Below are positions 10,917 through 22,445 of a stretch of DNA of 64,000 nucleotides, in pieces. Every line of letters begins with the position of its first letter. The first letter of the stretch is position 1. Origin of the DNA: Zancudomyces culisetae HAW-14-8 (taxonomy: Eukaryota > Fungi > Kickxellomycota); assembly GCA_052426225.1 (NCBI GenBank), contig JBNJNM010000007.1, positions 124,001 through 188,000 of the forward strand, read 5' to 3'. Made by a program: the position numbers and the translations under genes. The notes beneath the pieces were generated by a model. That model searched no databases, was not told the origin of the DNA, and saw only the letters and a program-made list of their open reading frames with translations.

Positions 10917-13457
10917 TCAAGACCAGACCGAAAGCGAGGAATGCAGCTGAGAAAGCAGAGGATCAGAAGAAATCCATGAGGGAAAAGTACTTCCAACATC
11001 AATGTCAGCATCACCCTCACTCTCAGCACCAGTATCAGCGCCACTCTCAGCACCAATACCAGCACCAATACCAGCACCAATACCAGTACCAGTACCAGTA
11101 CCAGTACCAGCACCAGTATCGATTTCAACATCAACATCAATGTCAGCTGGAGTAGGGGGAGTACCACCATGATTATTACCGCTGTCATTGCCACTATTAT
11201 TGTTATTTCTAATATTATTACTATTGTCACTATTGTCTTTTTTATTATGATTATTGATCGTTCTATTATCGGGAGATTGTGAAGATACCCAAACCATCCT
11301 GCTAGCCAGGCTGAGCAGCAGTTTGAATAGTTTTTGCTCAGGGTTTTTGGGTTTCCAAGTTTGCGAAAAGTCTGTTTTTTGGGGATGAGATTTGTATATT
11401 TGAACAAGCTGGCAGGCTCGATCGAGCAAGTCGGCTGGATATTCAGAATCATTGACAACGTTGTAACTTAACCGTTTAGGAATGAGAACAAATGGAATAC
11501 TGTCATCGAGTTCAGCCTCTGATTTGGTTGAAACAACAGCAAACCAATTAATTGCACTGACAGATTTCGGTAGATTCGGGTCGTAAGGTCCTACAATTGC
11601 ACCAACAAATGGCAGTGCGTTGGCTGTGTCGTTTGAAAACAATGACTGGTATGCGTATTGGTTGTCGATATCAATCCGCGATGGCAGTGGCACAAATGTC
11701 GGATGTGAATGATACCATCCAACCACCTGCAACTGACATTCGGATATTTGCTGCCGTACCTGCAGCTCACTCTCGGGGTCCATCTCTACATTGACCTCGT
11801 CATGACTCAGTGCCTTGCACGGAAATGCTTGCTTGACTGTTACTGTCTTGCTATCGCCGTCATACGTTCCTCCCAATAGCCCAATTATCTCGGTGGTCAT
11901 CAAATGCGCGTGGATATCCATTGTCACCTCTACATTGCTGTGGATTGTAAGCCGGTATGGTTGGCTGCCCAACTCTCCCGACCCTGCTTCTCCCACAAAG
12001 CTGCTACACTTGACTAGCGAGTGTGGGTCGTTATCATGATCTATCTGAATTGCTGGCCGCTTTCGTTGCCGCTTTGGCCTTGCCATTACATATTCGTTTT
12101 TGTGTTGTACTCTTTCTTTTTCTGTCTTTTTCGTTATATTTTCCTTTTCGTTTTTTTCTGTACTTTCAATATCGATTTCTGCCTCCTCATCTTTGCTTCC
12201 TTCTCTCTTGTTCTTGCTCTTTGTGTCCTTCCCCCTTCCTCCGCTCTCCTCACTGTTTGTATTGTGTAAATACACCCGAGCGGATGTACTGTTTGGATCT
12301 AGCGGTTTACCTGATAGTGTATACCCCTCACCACTCTCCTTGACTTTGTCTGGTAATGGCTTGTTGTCTCTATACAGCTTAATAAAGTGCTTTTGCGCGT
12401 GTGACCGGATTGATTTTGGACACCGTGTCTTCATAAACTGACTCAGCTGCTTCCAATTGCGACCATACAAATCCAAACCCCGTAAAAACATTTCCTCTTC
12501 CTGTACACTATATGTACCTACGTTATACCCTGCTTCCTCAATTTTTTTCTGCTTTTGTGCCCCCTCCTCGTGTGTTGTAACATCAATATCTCCAACACTA
12601 CTTCTGGCACTTCCAGCACTACTATTACTGGTAGAATTCAGAATATCTATTACCTCGCCCCCCTCAGGGTCCTGCTTTTTTTCCTCGCTATCACCATCCA
12701 CAATTATGTTCTCTTCATTCTCGTGCGCTCCAGACTCAGTCTGTCCCTTTGCTGAATCTGCTTGAGGTTTTTTCAAGAATTCGCTTGCTTTATTCTCAAC
12801 CTCCTCTTTGCGTTCACCTACGCCTCGTTTCGTCTTACCACCACCACTACCCCTCTTACCTCCTCTTCCTCTTCCACCCCTACCACCCTCTCTTGTCGGT
12901 TTCCATGCGCGATCAGCATAATCATCACTGCTGTTCCCTCCTCTAGTATTACATTTCTTGCTCTTTGGATCCTCTATATAGTCTTCATCAACATGATTCT
13001 TGCTTCCTCTTCGCTTCCTCCTTTTGCTTTTTCCTTCCCCTGTCGAATTATCGCTGGAGTACCCATCGTAGTAACTATATCCATATCCGTCATATTCATA
13101 CCCATACCCATACCCATATTCGCTTCCCTTATAATATCCATTTCCATTATTACCCATTATACTGCTCTTCCCGCCCTTGGTTATCTCTTTTTCATCGGCC
13201 GCCAACAGTTTTGCTATCAATTCACTGCTAAGCCTTTCCTCCTCCTCTTGTTTCAACTCGTCGTTATTTTTGTTATTCTTCTTTCCCCCAACTATCTTGA
13301 TATTATTTTCATCCGCTACCTGTATTTCCTGATCATCATCACCCCCCTTTTCGCCTCTTGCTCCGCTCCTGCTTTTATTCCTCCGTTTGTTTCCATTTTT
13401 ATTACCACCACCACCTTTGTTTTGCTTTCGGATGGGTTTGACTTGTTTATCCGTCAT
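10917..13457 (-). CDS. MYSM1: MYSM1-like SANT/Myb + MPN+/JAMM metalloprotease (putative histone H2A deubiquitinase)
   Basis: SANT: EEEMFLRGLDLYGRNWKQLSQFMKTRCPKSIRSHAQKHF. MPN: MDIHAHLMTTEIIGLLGG and VVGWYHSHPTFVPLPSRIDIDNQ with intact JAMM residues. Confidence 0.85.
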   Translation of the reverse strand: MTDKQVKPIRKQNKGGGGNKNGNKRRNKSRSGARGEKGGDDDQEIQVADENNIKIVGGKKNNKNNDELKQEEEERLSSELIAKLLAADEKEITKGGKSSIMGNNGNGYYKGSEYGYGYGYEYDGYGYSYYDGYSSDNSTGEGKSKRRKRRGSKNHVDEDYIEDPKSKKCNTRGGNSSDDYADRAWKPTREGGRGGRGRGGKRGSGGGKTKRGVGERKEEVENKASEFLKKPQADSAKGQTESGAHENEENIIVDGDSEEKKQDPEGGEVIDILNSTSNSSAGSARSSVGDIDVTTHEEGAQKQKKIEEAGYNVGTYSVQEEEMFLRGLDLYGRNWKQLSQFMKTRCPKSIRSHAQKHFIKLYRDNKPLPDKVKESGEGYTLSGKPLDPNSTSARVYLHNTNSEESGGRGKDTKSKNKREGSKDEEAEIDIESTEKNEKENITKKTEKERVQHKNEYVMARPKRQRKRPAIQIDHDNDPHSLVKCSSFVGEAGSGELGSQPYRLTIHSNVEVTMDIHAHLMTTEIIGLLGGTYDGDSKTVTVKQAFPCKALSHDEVNVEMDPESELQVRQQISECQLQVVGWYHSHPTFVPLPSRIDIDNQYAYQSLFSNDTANALPFVGAIVGPYDPNLPKSVSAINWFAVVSTKSEAELDDSIPFVLIPKRLSYNVVNDSEYPADLLDRACQLVQIYKSHPQKTDFSQTWKPKNPEQKLFKLLLSLASRMVWVSSQSPDNRTINNHNKKDNSDNSNNIRNNNNSGNDSGNNHGGTPPTPADIDVDVEIDTGAGTGTGTGTGIGAGIGAGIGAESGADTGAESEGDADIDVGSTFPSWISSDPLLSQLHSSLSVWS

Positions 13458-14905
13458 TTTTTTATTTGCTATTTAGTTCTAAATCCAGTGGTTTTCATTA
13501 TTCTCTTAGTCCTATTAGTTATTTTTCTCCACCTTCAACTATCCGTGGATAATTAAAAGCAATCAAATATTGTTTGTATTTGATGGTATAAACTTTTTGT
13601 TCCTTTTTTTCTATAAAGAATCAATATCTTATTCCAAAAATCACGTCTCTTTCTGTTTTTGCTCATTGAATGTTAATGTCGATTTTCACCACTAACCACC
13701 CTCCAATATCCTTTACACTTCCCTCCCCCCTTTTTTTTGCTGTTACAATTTCTCCATTTATATTTCTGTTTGTTTTGGTTTACTTTTCCTTTTTCACGAA
13801 AAAAAAAATTCTCGATTTCACGTTGAAATGATCAAACATCTCCAAACTATAAAATTGAATTTCGAGTATTGAAATTTGGAAAGAAACTATTGATTCTTCA
13901 ACAGAGTTAAAGTGCTTTAAGAACATTTTCACAGCAGTGATACTTTATTATACTTCTGTACTGTGCATTCTGTACCATTTTATGCGACTTTGGGTCACCA
14001 ACTCGAAGTCGCTAACCTTTTGAAATAGATCTAAATTGTACTTCACAGGCAGGGCTTTAAATAACGCCAAATACACACACTTTGGTCCCATCGGTTTGCC
14101 TCTTTCCTGTATCATTTGTATTTATGCGCGAAACGTCATTCCCGGTACTGATATTTACTATTTTAATGTAAAATCGATACCAACCCTGCTGTTCAAAGCT
14201 TTTATTATATTTATCCTTGCGAATACCCGTTGTTGATAAATGTGCTTCTTTAGATAGAATTAACACTTGGGGGCATCAACAGAACCCTAATATAACCTTG
14301 AATAAATCTCATACAGTTTAATTTGGCAATCTTATAATATTTAGAGTTTTTATTTTTCTCCGGTTTAGTTGGTAGGAATATAACACTTTATAAAAGTAAA
14401 AAATACCTAGAAGTTTGCCATTGAAATGAAATCCTACTGGGGAGCATATCAAATTATTGCAAAACTTGATACTCATTTCTTAATATTCGATAGAACGATA
14501 TTAAAGATCCTTAGGCTTAGATTTGCTGGAAAGTAAGCTCTTTTGTTGATTTCAAGTAATAGTGAGCAAATTCATCTCTACATATCATCTAAATTATTGG
14601 TGATAAAGTGTGTATCAAGATATTATAATATCCTTTAGCTACTTTTTTTATATTTTATATTTTTTATTTGTAAATATTATATGGTAGCTGCAATCATTAC
14701 TGATTAAAGTTTGGATGATAAAATAACAACAGAAAACTAACAAAAAATAATACATATAGTGTTAAATAAATCATGGTGTACATATTTAATAAATAAAAAC
14801 ACGAAGTATAATACCCAAATATCAGAAAACGTCCAGAAATTTAACGAGCGTGATCCCAACAACAATACCATCATGTGCTATAGGATATTAGTGTAGATAA
14901 TGTGG

Positions 14906-17296
14906 TTAGGCGCTACCCATAGAGTCAACAGCCGAGCTAAAGTTGGCATGTGTGTTGCCTTTGTTGATGAGTTCACACCCACGAGCTGCATCATTTCTCT
15001 GCGCTTGTTCAATGGGGTTGTACAATAGTTCAGTAAAATTAAAGCCCGAAAAAGCCTCCTTGTAGCTAGAAATAATGAGATTTTGGTCAAATGTTGAAGA
15101 CTGGGTTTTATCCATGTATTTGGCACCCGTATTCAAAATGGGATAAAAGACACGCTCAATCATTTTTTTGCATTGGTTAAGCAATGTGATGTTCTGAAGA
15201 TGTGCGTCAAAGTCGACATCTTTTACATAAAAGTCTTTAGGATCATCATCCAGGGTTGGATTGTTGATGGTGTGAGAAATTTGTTTTTCGGATAATTGTT
15301 TTGAGAGGCTTAGGCCTTCCAACGACAAATGGAGTTCGTCTGACTCTTTGACTACTGGCTTCAAATCAATTGCCATTATAAATCGCTTGTCCCTGGTTTC
15401 ATTAACAGAAGTGGATAAAGATTCTTGATTTATATCCAGACTTTCTTTTGCGGCAATCCTACTCAATAGGAATGGGTCATGTATCTTTGGATTGGATGCA
15501 TTATTGCAGCATGCCTTTTTGATATAGGTACTTCCATTTGGAACTAACCACGGGTTGTAATCATAAGATGAAAGCATCGTCTTCTCAAAACTTTTGGGGA
15601 TATTTTTGAATTTAAGGTTAGCCTTATCATAGCTTTTTTTGAGATCAGATATGTTAATAAGCAAATACAAGTATGTCTTTGCTAGTAGGAATGTTGATTT
15701 AAGTCTTTCAAAATATTCGGATATCACCTTTTTGCCATTTATTATTGCATTGTGTCTATTCAGATCTTTGATATATTCTATATTTGTGAGCAGTTTAAAA
15801 GCATTCGAGGTCATATAATCCAATTCTACATCAAACTTATCAGGGGAAAAGTTTGATAATAGCCAGTAGAATACCTCTGTAAAATATATAGTATTATCAA
15901 TTAGTGCAAGTTTTGCAAACTTCACTCTCTCTGAGGGAATGTTGATATCTTCATAATAAGCTACTTCTGATGTGATAAGATGTAGATTTGCTATACACGT
16001 GTTCAGGATAAGTGTGCAATGGCGCAATATGAAGTATTCTATATTCATTGTATTGACTATATCTGGGTTGTGTGCTCCAAAAGTCACTATTTTTTTCAAT
16101 TCGTTATGGAACTGCACTACCACCTTTTTCTGAAACTCTGTAGAATCCGTAAATAATTTAAAGTAACGTTGATAGTCTTTATCCATGTCCTTTGCTATTA
16201 CATTCTCCCTCCGGTTAATAAAAGCTACATTTGCATGTCTTAATTTGAACAATATTACGTATGAAGCAAATGTATCGAACCTAAATTCACCTTTGCTGCT
16301 TAGAATCATGTCACCCCTATTCGCAGAGTTGGTTTTTGAAAGGATGAATTTTGCATTAGTGTGCCATAAACGATCATTACTCGGTAAGTTTACAAATATG
16401 TCTTTCGATTGTAAAGCAGGTTGAGCAGCTATTGCTTCAGATAACAATACGCAGAAAACGTATGAGCACCACCAAAGACGTCGTTTAAGCTCTTTATCCA
16501 CCAGCAGCTGTTCATGTTCCCTCTCGGCGGTGCTAACGCTATATGCATCAACCCTGTGCAGTCTCATTGAAATGGCCAACCTGGCTGCTAAATGTACGTA
16601 TTTTGTGCATTGGGTTAGGATTCCAATTGTAGTATAGTATCTGGCTAACACTACCATTGTCCATACACTCAGGCAATCAGGATTGCTGAGCGCCTTTTCC
16701 ATGTGCTCAGTGACATAATTTAATACCCTTTTACGTCTCTCTTCGGTAAATACTTTAAAAAACTTGTCATCTTTTAATACAGTTGATCCCATCAGCAAAA
16801 GCGTACACACCACGTATTTTGGGACTTGGAAACTTTTTACGTTTTGTATAAACTGAGGAATCCTTACAACATTTGCAAGCAAGGGATAGCGATAGATAAA
16901 TCTATCCATGAGTTCATCTATCACATCCCGTAAAAGTCTTGATAGCTCTATATCCTCTGAATCCCTACCAACGATATTTTGGATGTTTACATCAATAACA
17001 CATAAGTTTGTCATTAGGTTACTTGTTTCGCTTTTTATACCCTGCTTAGTGTTTCCCTTTGGAACAGTTTTCATTCTTTTGGCTTCCTTGCACAATATTT
17101 CGACCCTTTTTTCTATGCTCCCAAGTCGACTATGTATGGCCTCATTTAGAGGTCTTTTATGGACTTTCTTTTTTTCATTAAGCCTAAACTTTATTACGTG
17201 TTTTTTGTAGGCATTGTGGGTATTTGATTTTGCCCTTATTCGTTTGCCACCACCACTACTAACAGACTTTTCACTTTCAGAATTTGTTATAGTCAT
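14906..17296 (-). CDS. Fungal-specific transcription-factor (middle homology region) domain protein
   Basis: 796-aa ORF with AARLAISMRLH...KELKRRLWWCSYVF...VNLPSND, typical of the Fungal_trans domain. No Zn2Cys6 cluster is visible. Confidence 0.75.
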   Translation of the reverse strand: MTITNSESEKSVSSGGGKRIRAKSNTHNAYKKHVIKFRLNEKKKVHKRPLNEAIHSRLGSIEKRVEILCKEAKRMKTVPKGNTKQGIKSETSNLMTNLCVIDVNIQNIVGRDSEDIELSRLLRDVIDELMDRFIYRYPLLANVVRIPQFIQNVKSFQVPKYVVCTLLLMGSTVLKDDKFFKVFTEERRKRVLNYVTEHMEKALSNPDCLSVWTMVVLARYYTTIGILTQCTKYVHLAARLAISMRLHRVDAYSVSTAEREHEQLLVDKELKRRLWWCSYVFCVLLSEAIAAQPALQSKDIFVNLPSNDRLWHTNAKFILSKTNSANRGDMILSSKGEFRFDTFASYVILFKLRHANVAFINRRENVIAKDMDKDYQRYFKLFTDSTEFQKKVVVQFHNELKKIVTFGAHNPDIVNTMNIEYFILRHCTLILNTCIANLHLITSEVAYYEDINIPSERVKFAKLALIDNTIYFTEVFYWLLSNFSPDKFDVELDYMTSNAFKLLTNIEYIKDLNRHNAIINGKKVISEYFERLKSTFLLAKTYLYLLINISDLKKSYDKANLKFKNIPKSFEKTMLSSYDYNPWLVPNGSTYIKKACCNNASNPKIHDPFLLSRIAAKESLDINQESLSTSVNETRDKRFIMAIDLKPVVKESDELHLSLEGLSLSKQLSEKQISHTINNPTLDDDPKDFYVKDVDFDAHLQNITLLNQCKKMIERVFYPILNTGAKYMDKTQSSTFDQNLIISSYKEAFSGFNFTELLYNPIEQAQRNDAARGCELINKGNTHANFSSAVDSMGSA

Positions 17297-19353
17297 TGCA
17301 AAAACTAAATCAAAATACAGACCTGGAATGGACTAATTCGAATAAAACGATGACGGCTGGTGCTCATAATCAACACCGCTGTTTATATACTACTATTTCC
17401 ATTTCTAGATCACAGACCAATATTCCTTCAGATTTTGAATTTTGGGTTTTTGGATTGTGAATTTTGGATTCTGAATTTCGTTTTTTTTTTTCATTGCTTT
17501 TTGCCATTGGAATATGAAACGCTTATTTTATTATTATTATACTGATCAATTCTTTTGATTGATTGAAAACTGTAGTTAATTTTCTCTATGATCTAAAGTT
17601 ATGAATGGTAACATTTGAACTGAAAAAAATATACACGAAAAAAAGTGCAAATTGATATATTATTTGCAGCAAATACTATTCAATTTATCCGAAATCTGTT
17701 TACGTATCATTTAATATGTCGGGATTTACGTAACTTGGTTTTACAGAACATCAGGTCTGCAACTCCACTTTTGCTTTGATGCCGCAAAAACATTCCACAA
17801 TTTGATAAAAATCACTTTTTTACTTGTTGTTCTAAAATGGAATGAGTTTCTTAAAATGACTGAAAACAAGCTGTATATATCCTGTATTGCGCTTGCTAGT
17901 TTAAAGAAAATCTCTGTAAGTATTATGCTCTGTTAAATATTGGTAAAGTCTTGAGAAACTCAAGAAAAACTGTGTGTTTCATCCCCTGGTGTTGGTGTTC
18001 TTACAGTTCACGCAACATACTAACCAAGAGATAAGAAACCCGTATAATTTTCCAATAATACTAAATTACAAAGTGGGTGAATACCAAAGTATTGAACTGC
18101 TTTCACAAAAGATACAGAAAAGGATCGTGGGATTAAATTCAAAAAGTCATATGAATATTGATAGATTTTTTTTACATAAACTCTGCTCTCACTTGGTTAA
18201 TAAGGCCTCTTCTAACCAATCATATGAAAAAAAGCTAAACAAAAGAAATGCTCGGAAAAATATCATTTGACCTCGTATATTAAAAAGCTTGTACATTAAG
18301 TGAACTTGGTGTGTCAAAGCTTCTAAACAAGTCAAGGTCCTGTATACACCACAAGAAAAGCAACTTAGTAAGACAGAGTTTACTTTTTACAGAACCGTAC
18401 ACTGCCATGGATCATAGTATATTGTAGTTAAAATATAGCCGTATTGTCCTTGTATTGTAGCAGCCGTGATTTTAAACGTTTGGTATTTAATCTGCTTTCG
18501 CTAATTAGTGCTACTTTGACTTCAAGCCAAGTAGTTATTTTATTCACCAGTTGATCAAGCCCTATGCTCTTATGACATTACAGCACGAAATTTCTAAGAC
18601 CTCAACAGCAGGTCAGCGGTATGCCGAAGTTTTTGAGTAAATCCACTGCCTATGAATCGCAAAATAGCCATACACATACAAGGTGCCTTTAATATGCACT
18701 GATGTTCGTATTTTGTTTTTTAATCAAGATATTACCAGTATAATATTGTTTTTTTATAACTCTATTCGCACGGATACACCGTCTAAACTTATTCCGCAGT
18801 AGGTGTAGAGCATTTCGACCGGAATGTATACATTAGAAAGTGGGTTTTATGAGCACTAATGTGTTACTTTTGGTATACGGGTATATTTTTGTTCTGCAGG
18901 GAACTTTATACCCATTTCAAGTCGGTTGTCAATAAAATAAATCTGCAGTATGACGCACCATTGACAAATAAGAAATTCTCTCATTCTTTGTTATGGTTAA
19001 ATACCCTTTACCTAAACTGTTTGGAAAAAGAACAGTTTCAGTAAAAAGTATTTTCCGGAGAGGAAAGAGGGAAGAGGAAGAAGAGAATGCTTTTGGGATA
19101 CTATTCTTTTACTTGTTTTCTAAAATGGATGTTCTTGAAAAGAAATATATTGTACTGGATTGAATACCAAGAATGATCATTTAGGAAGTACGATAATATA
19201 AAAGTACATTTAACATATTACAATAATAAAAATTATCGAGCCTCATGTCTATAAAAGGCTTATGAAGCGCAAATCCACCACAAGTGGAGAGAAAAAGTAA
19301 AAAGAACAACCATCAAACAGTGCTAAAAAGAACCCGGGCTATACTTTAAAAGA

Positions 19354-22050
19354 ATGAACACAACAAATCTTACTAGTTTCAACGATTTCAAGAATCTCTC
19401 AGCAGCGACATTGTCAAAGCTCTTTGTGCTTGCCCAAACTCCAGCGACCGCATTGCTCAACAAAAAAATGTATTTTATTTCGCAACAGATACCCACAATC
19501 GCAGAATATGTTGGGTTTTACGTTAAAAATATCATCAAACAAGAGCCAATCATCAGTATAAGATCACTTTTTGATCGATACCCACGACTAAAGAGGATTG
19601 AAAATATATGTAACCCTATTATAAAAGAGATCGGAATACTTAGTTACGAGGCCTTACTTCATCTAGCTTTAGACTACCACTGGCAAAATGTATTGGCATA
19701 CTTACTTGGGGTGTATATGCTAATCGAAAAGAATACTTCTCGTGTCATATACACCCACATGTTACCCACTGAAGATGAATGTGTGGATAAATATATAAAA
19801 AAATTACCACCAATTGTTGATAAATACAACGCCTTTTTAGATATTGATATTTCTGAAAATACCTATCTCAGACACTTAATAACTGCCGAATGGGCATCTA
19901 AACTTCAAAAAAAAACTTCTACTGACTATAGTAGAGTCATCCTTGAGAGCTTTCTGAAGGCATGTAAGAATAAACTTGAATCTCCACAACCATCATCATC
20001 CTTTTATTTTGAAAAAAAGATATATATAACTGATAGCAAAATTGTAACAGTGCTAGTTATCTTGGCAATTCATTCGATCTGCAAAGCAAATGATATTGAG
20101 ATGTTTAAAATGGTTCTAGATATGAATATCAAGTTAAATACAAGTATCAATTCTTCTATTGCAACAGAAAATTCTGCTTCTTTATCTTCACTATCGAAAA
20201 TTCTTGAGTTTATTCAAAACTATGGCTACCAAAACCAGATAAATCGAATAGTTTACATTTCATGCATGTATCATGCGATTGATCTGAGTAGGAAGAAGCT
20301 TATAAATTATCTTGACTCACTAGTGCCTGCTAAGGACCAGAACTACCAGCTTAAATTTGACCTGGCCATATATCTTAGAAATAATGACTTGGCGTTAAAG
20401 ATGCTTAAAAACGTTGAGCCAACAACTTCGAATATTGCAAAAATAATTCAACTGGTTGATTCCAAGGATAATATTTTTATTCTAAAACATCTGTTAGCAA
20501 ATGAATATTCTTTGGAAGGAGGTCCAGGCGAAACTGCTCTGACTACAGCAATTAGTTTAGATGATTTTGAGACTGCTGCCTATATTTCCAGGAAATATGT
20601 TGATACCGTAACTACTTCGGTTATTTTACAGACAATTATAAATGACAATATGAGACTACTGGAAGAGTTTAAAAGTATCGGCATAGATATAACCAAAGTT
20701 GGAGAAAAGGGAGTTTGGTGCGCATGTATTAACAAGAACATAGAGATTTTGCGCTTGTTGACTAAAAATGGAACAAAGGTTCAAGCGACTAGTGGTGATA
20801 TGCTTGGAGTAATATGTAACGAATCCTATCGTTCTCGTGAAATAATATTTGAATTAGTAACTAATTCTACTAACAGTAGTAATAATGCGGCTAAACTGCA
20901 TGGTTGTGCTGAGACAGGAAAGACTCTCAAATTTGGTAAAATAATCAAGGCTTTTCTTGGTAGGCTAAATATTCATGGGCGCAAAGCAATGATGATAATG
21001 TCACAGCTGGCTTTGGGAAACATATGGTATATGCAGGAAAACATCAAGGGTATGTATGTAGTTAGTCGTGAAGCAATTTGGTGCTATGCAATGGAGTGGA
21101 CTGTTAAGCAACTATTGTTCAATATAGTTGATCATATTGAAAAAAATAAACTACATCATACCATTCTTGAAGCGAAAATAACTGGGCCTATATCTGTATT
21201 CAAAAAAACAATAGCTGGTGAAACAGTGTTAAGTGACTGTGATTATGAACTTGCAAAGTCAAACATCGTAGACAGAAATCTCGGAATGATAGGGTTACTT
21301 ATTGATGGTGGGTTAGATGCTAATTTGAGTAATCATTTGGTGTTGAGAACTGCGTATAAATCTGGTGATATTGGATGGATAGACTATTTTATCGAAAAGG
21401 GTGCAAAACTTGGAACAGAAGGCTATTGCGGATTAGATGAGGCATGTCAATCAGACAATATCGAAGTATTGAAACACTGGTTTCGAAATGGCGGAACAGT
21501 ACCAACAGATCCCAAGCACAACGGGGTTCGAGTGGCATCTAGTGTGGGAAATTTCGAGATGGTTAGGCTTTTGGTGAAAAATGGAGCTTGTTTAAGCGAT
21601 CCCACGTATAGTGGAATTAAAGAAGCATGCGAATTGAATCACCAAGAAATATTGAAATATTTGGTAAAAAATAATGCCGCTGTGGGAGACCTTGAGTACT
21701 ACCAATGGGAGAATGCAGTTATGACAGGCGATGTTAAACTAGTGAACATGATTCTAGAATATTATGCCAATATGAGAATGTCCAAAAAAGGAAAAGAACG
21801 TGCTTTAGAGGAAAATTGTACCTTAACTTTACCTAAAACACAAACCCCAGAAAGCGATCCCGAATATGAATATCTCAAAGTTGTTCTTGAACACAGTAGT
21901 ATAATAGATGAATATGACTTGGTTGAAGACCTGTGGATGGCTAAAGCTTTGCGTCGTAATAAAACCGCAACCCTGCTATCTAAATGGAATATGGAGTCAT
22001 TTGCATGTAGAATTGAAGAATTTAAATCAAAAAAGGATTACTTTATTTAG
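19354..22050 (+). CDS. Ankyrin-repeat protein (intronless, 898 aa)
   Basis: Repeated A-x3-G/N-x2-E/D-x-V/L-x2-L-x2-G-A units, e.g. ASSVGNFEMVRLLVKNGA, ACELNHQEILKYLVKNNA, AYKSGDIGWIDYFIEKGA. Confidence 0.85.
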   Translation: MNTTNLTSFNDFKNLSAATLSKLFVLAQTPATALLNKKMYFISQQIPTIAEYVGFYVKNIIKQEPIISIRSLFDRYPRLKRIENICNPIIKEIGILSYEALLHLALDYHWQNVLAYLLGVYMLIEKNTSRVIYTHMLPTEDECVDKYIKKLPPIVDKYNAFLDIDISENTYLRHLITAEWASKLQKKTSTDYSRVILESFLKACKNKLESPQPSSSFYFEKKIYITDSKIVTVLVILAIHSICKANDIEMFKMVLDMNIKLNTSINSSIATENSASLSSLSKILEFIQNYGYQNQINRIVYISCMYHAIDLSRKKLINYLDSLVPAKDQNYQLKFDLAIYLRNNDLALKMLKNVEPTTSNIAKIIQLVDSKDNIFILKHLLANEYSLEGGPGETALTTAISLDDFETAAYISRKYVDTVTTSVILQTIINDNMRLLEEFKSIGIDITKVGEKGVWCACINKNIEILRLLTKNGTKVQATSGDMLGVICNESYRSREIIFELVTNSTNSSNNAAKLHGCAETGKTLKFGKIIKAFLGRLNIHGRKAMMIMSQLALGNIWYMQENIKGMYVVSREAIWCYAMEWTVKQLLFNIVDHIEKNKLHHTILEAKITGPISVFKKTIAGETVLSDCDYELAKSNIVDRNLGMIGLLIDGGLDANLSNHLVLRTAYKSGDIGWIDYFIEKGAKLGTEGYCGLDEACQSDNIEVLKHWFRNGGTVPTDPKHNGVRVASSVGNFEMVRLLVKNGACLSDPTYSGIKEACELNHQEILKYLVKNNAAVGDLEYYQWENAVMTGDVKLVNMILEYYANMRMSKKGKERALEENCTLTLPKTQTPESDPEYEYLKVVLEHSSIIDEYDLVEDLWMAKALRRNKTATLLSKWNMESFACRIEEFKSKKDYFI

Positions 22051-22445
22051 TGAGTTTTGCTGGTCTTTATTGTCAAGAAATTTTCAAATGATTAAAATTC
22101 AAAATCGAACCATGTTGTACATTTCACAAGGCATATATTGTTACCCCCCGCGCGCCAAATAGTTTGCCTAGCAGACTTATGTGTATACAACGCTCTGGTT
22201 GCGGTAAACTTTGTTGAGCCATGTATAGCCTTTATTATAAAAAAAATGATTTATTTAAGTGTATAGTCGAGTTCCCGGCTTTTAGCAACTTTAAAAAGCT
22301 AAATGAACAGCAGAAAAATATGAAAATAGAAAACCTGAAGAAAAAACATGATTTAATAAAGAGTCTAACCCACCACTACTCCTCGCTCTCGACCTCTCCC
22401 CCCCTCTTCCCCCTTCTCAGCCCCTCATCTCGTAAGGAGACTTGC

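Noticed and set aside
10883-13556. Hydrophobic ORFs overlapping the MYSM1-like gene (also those at 40751-41374, 57675-58118 and 58823-60444)
   Set aside because: Mostly shadow or alternate frames of real genes, or purine/pyrimidine microsatellite tracts. Their LV/LI/poly-L runs come from repeats.
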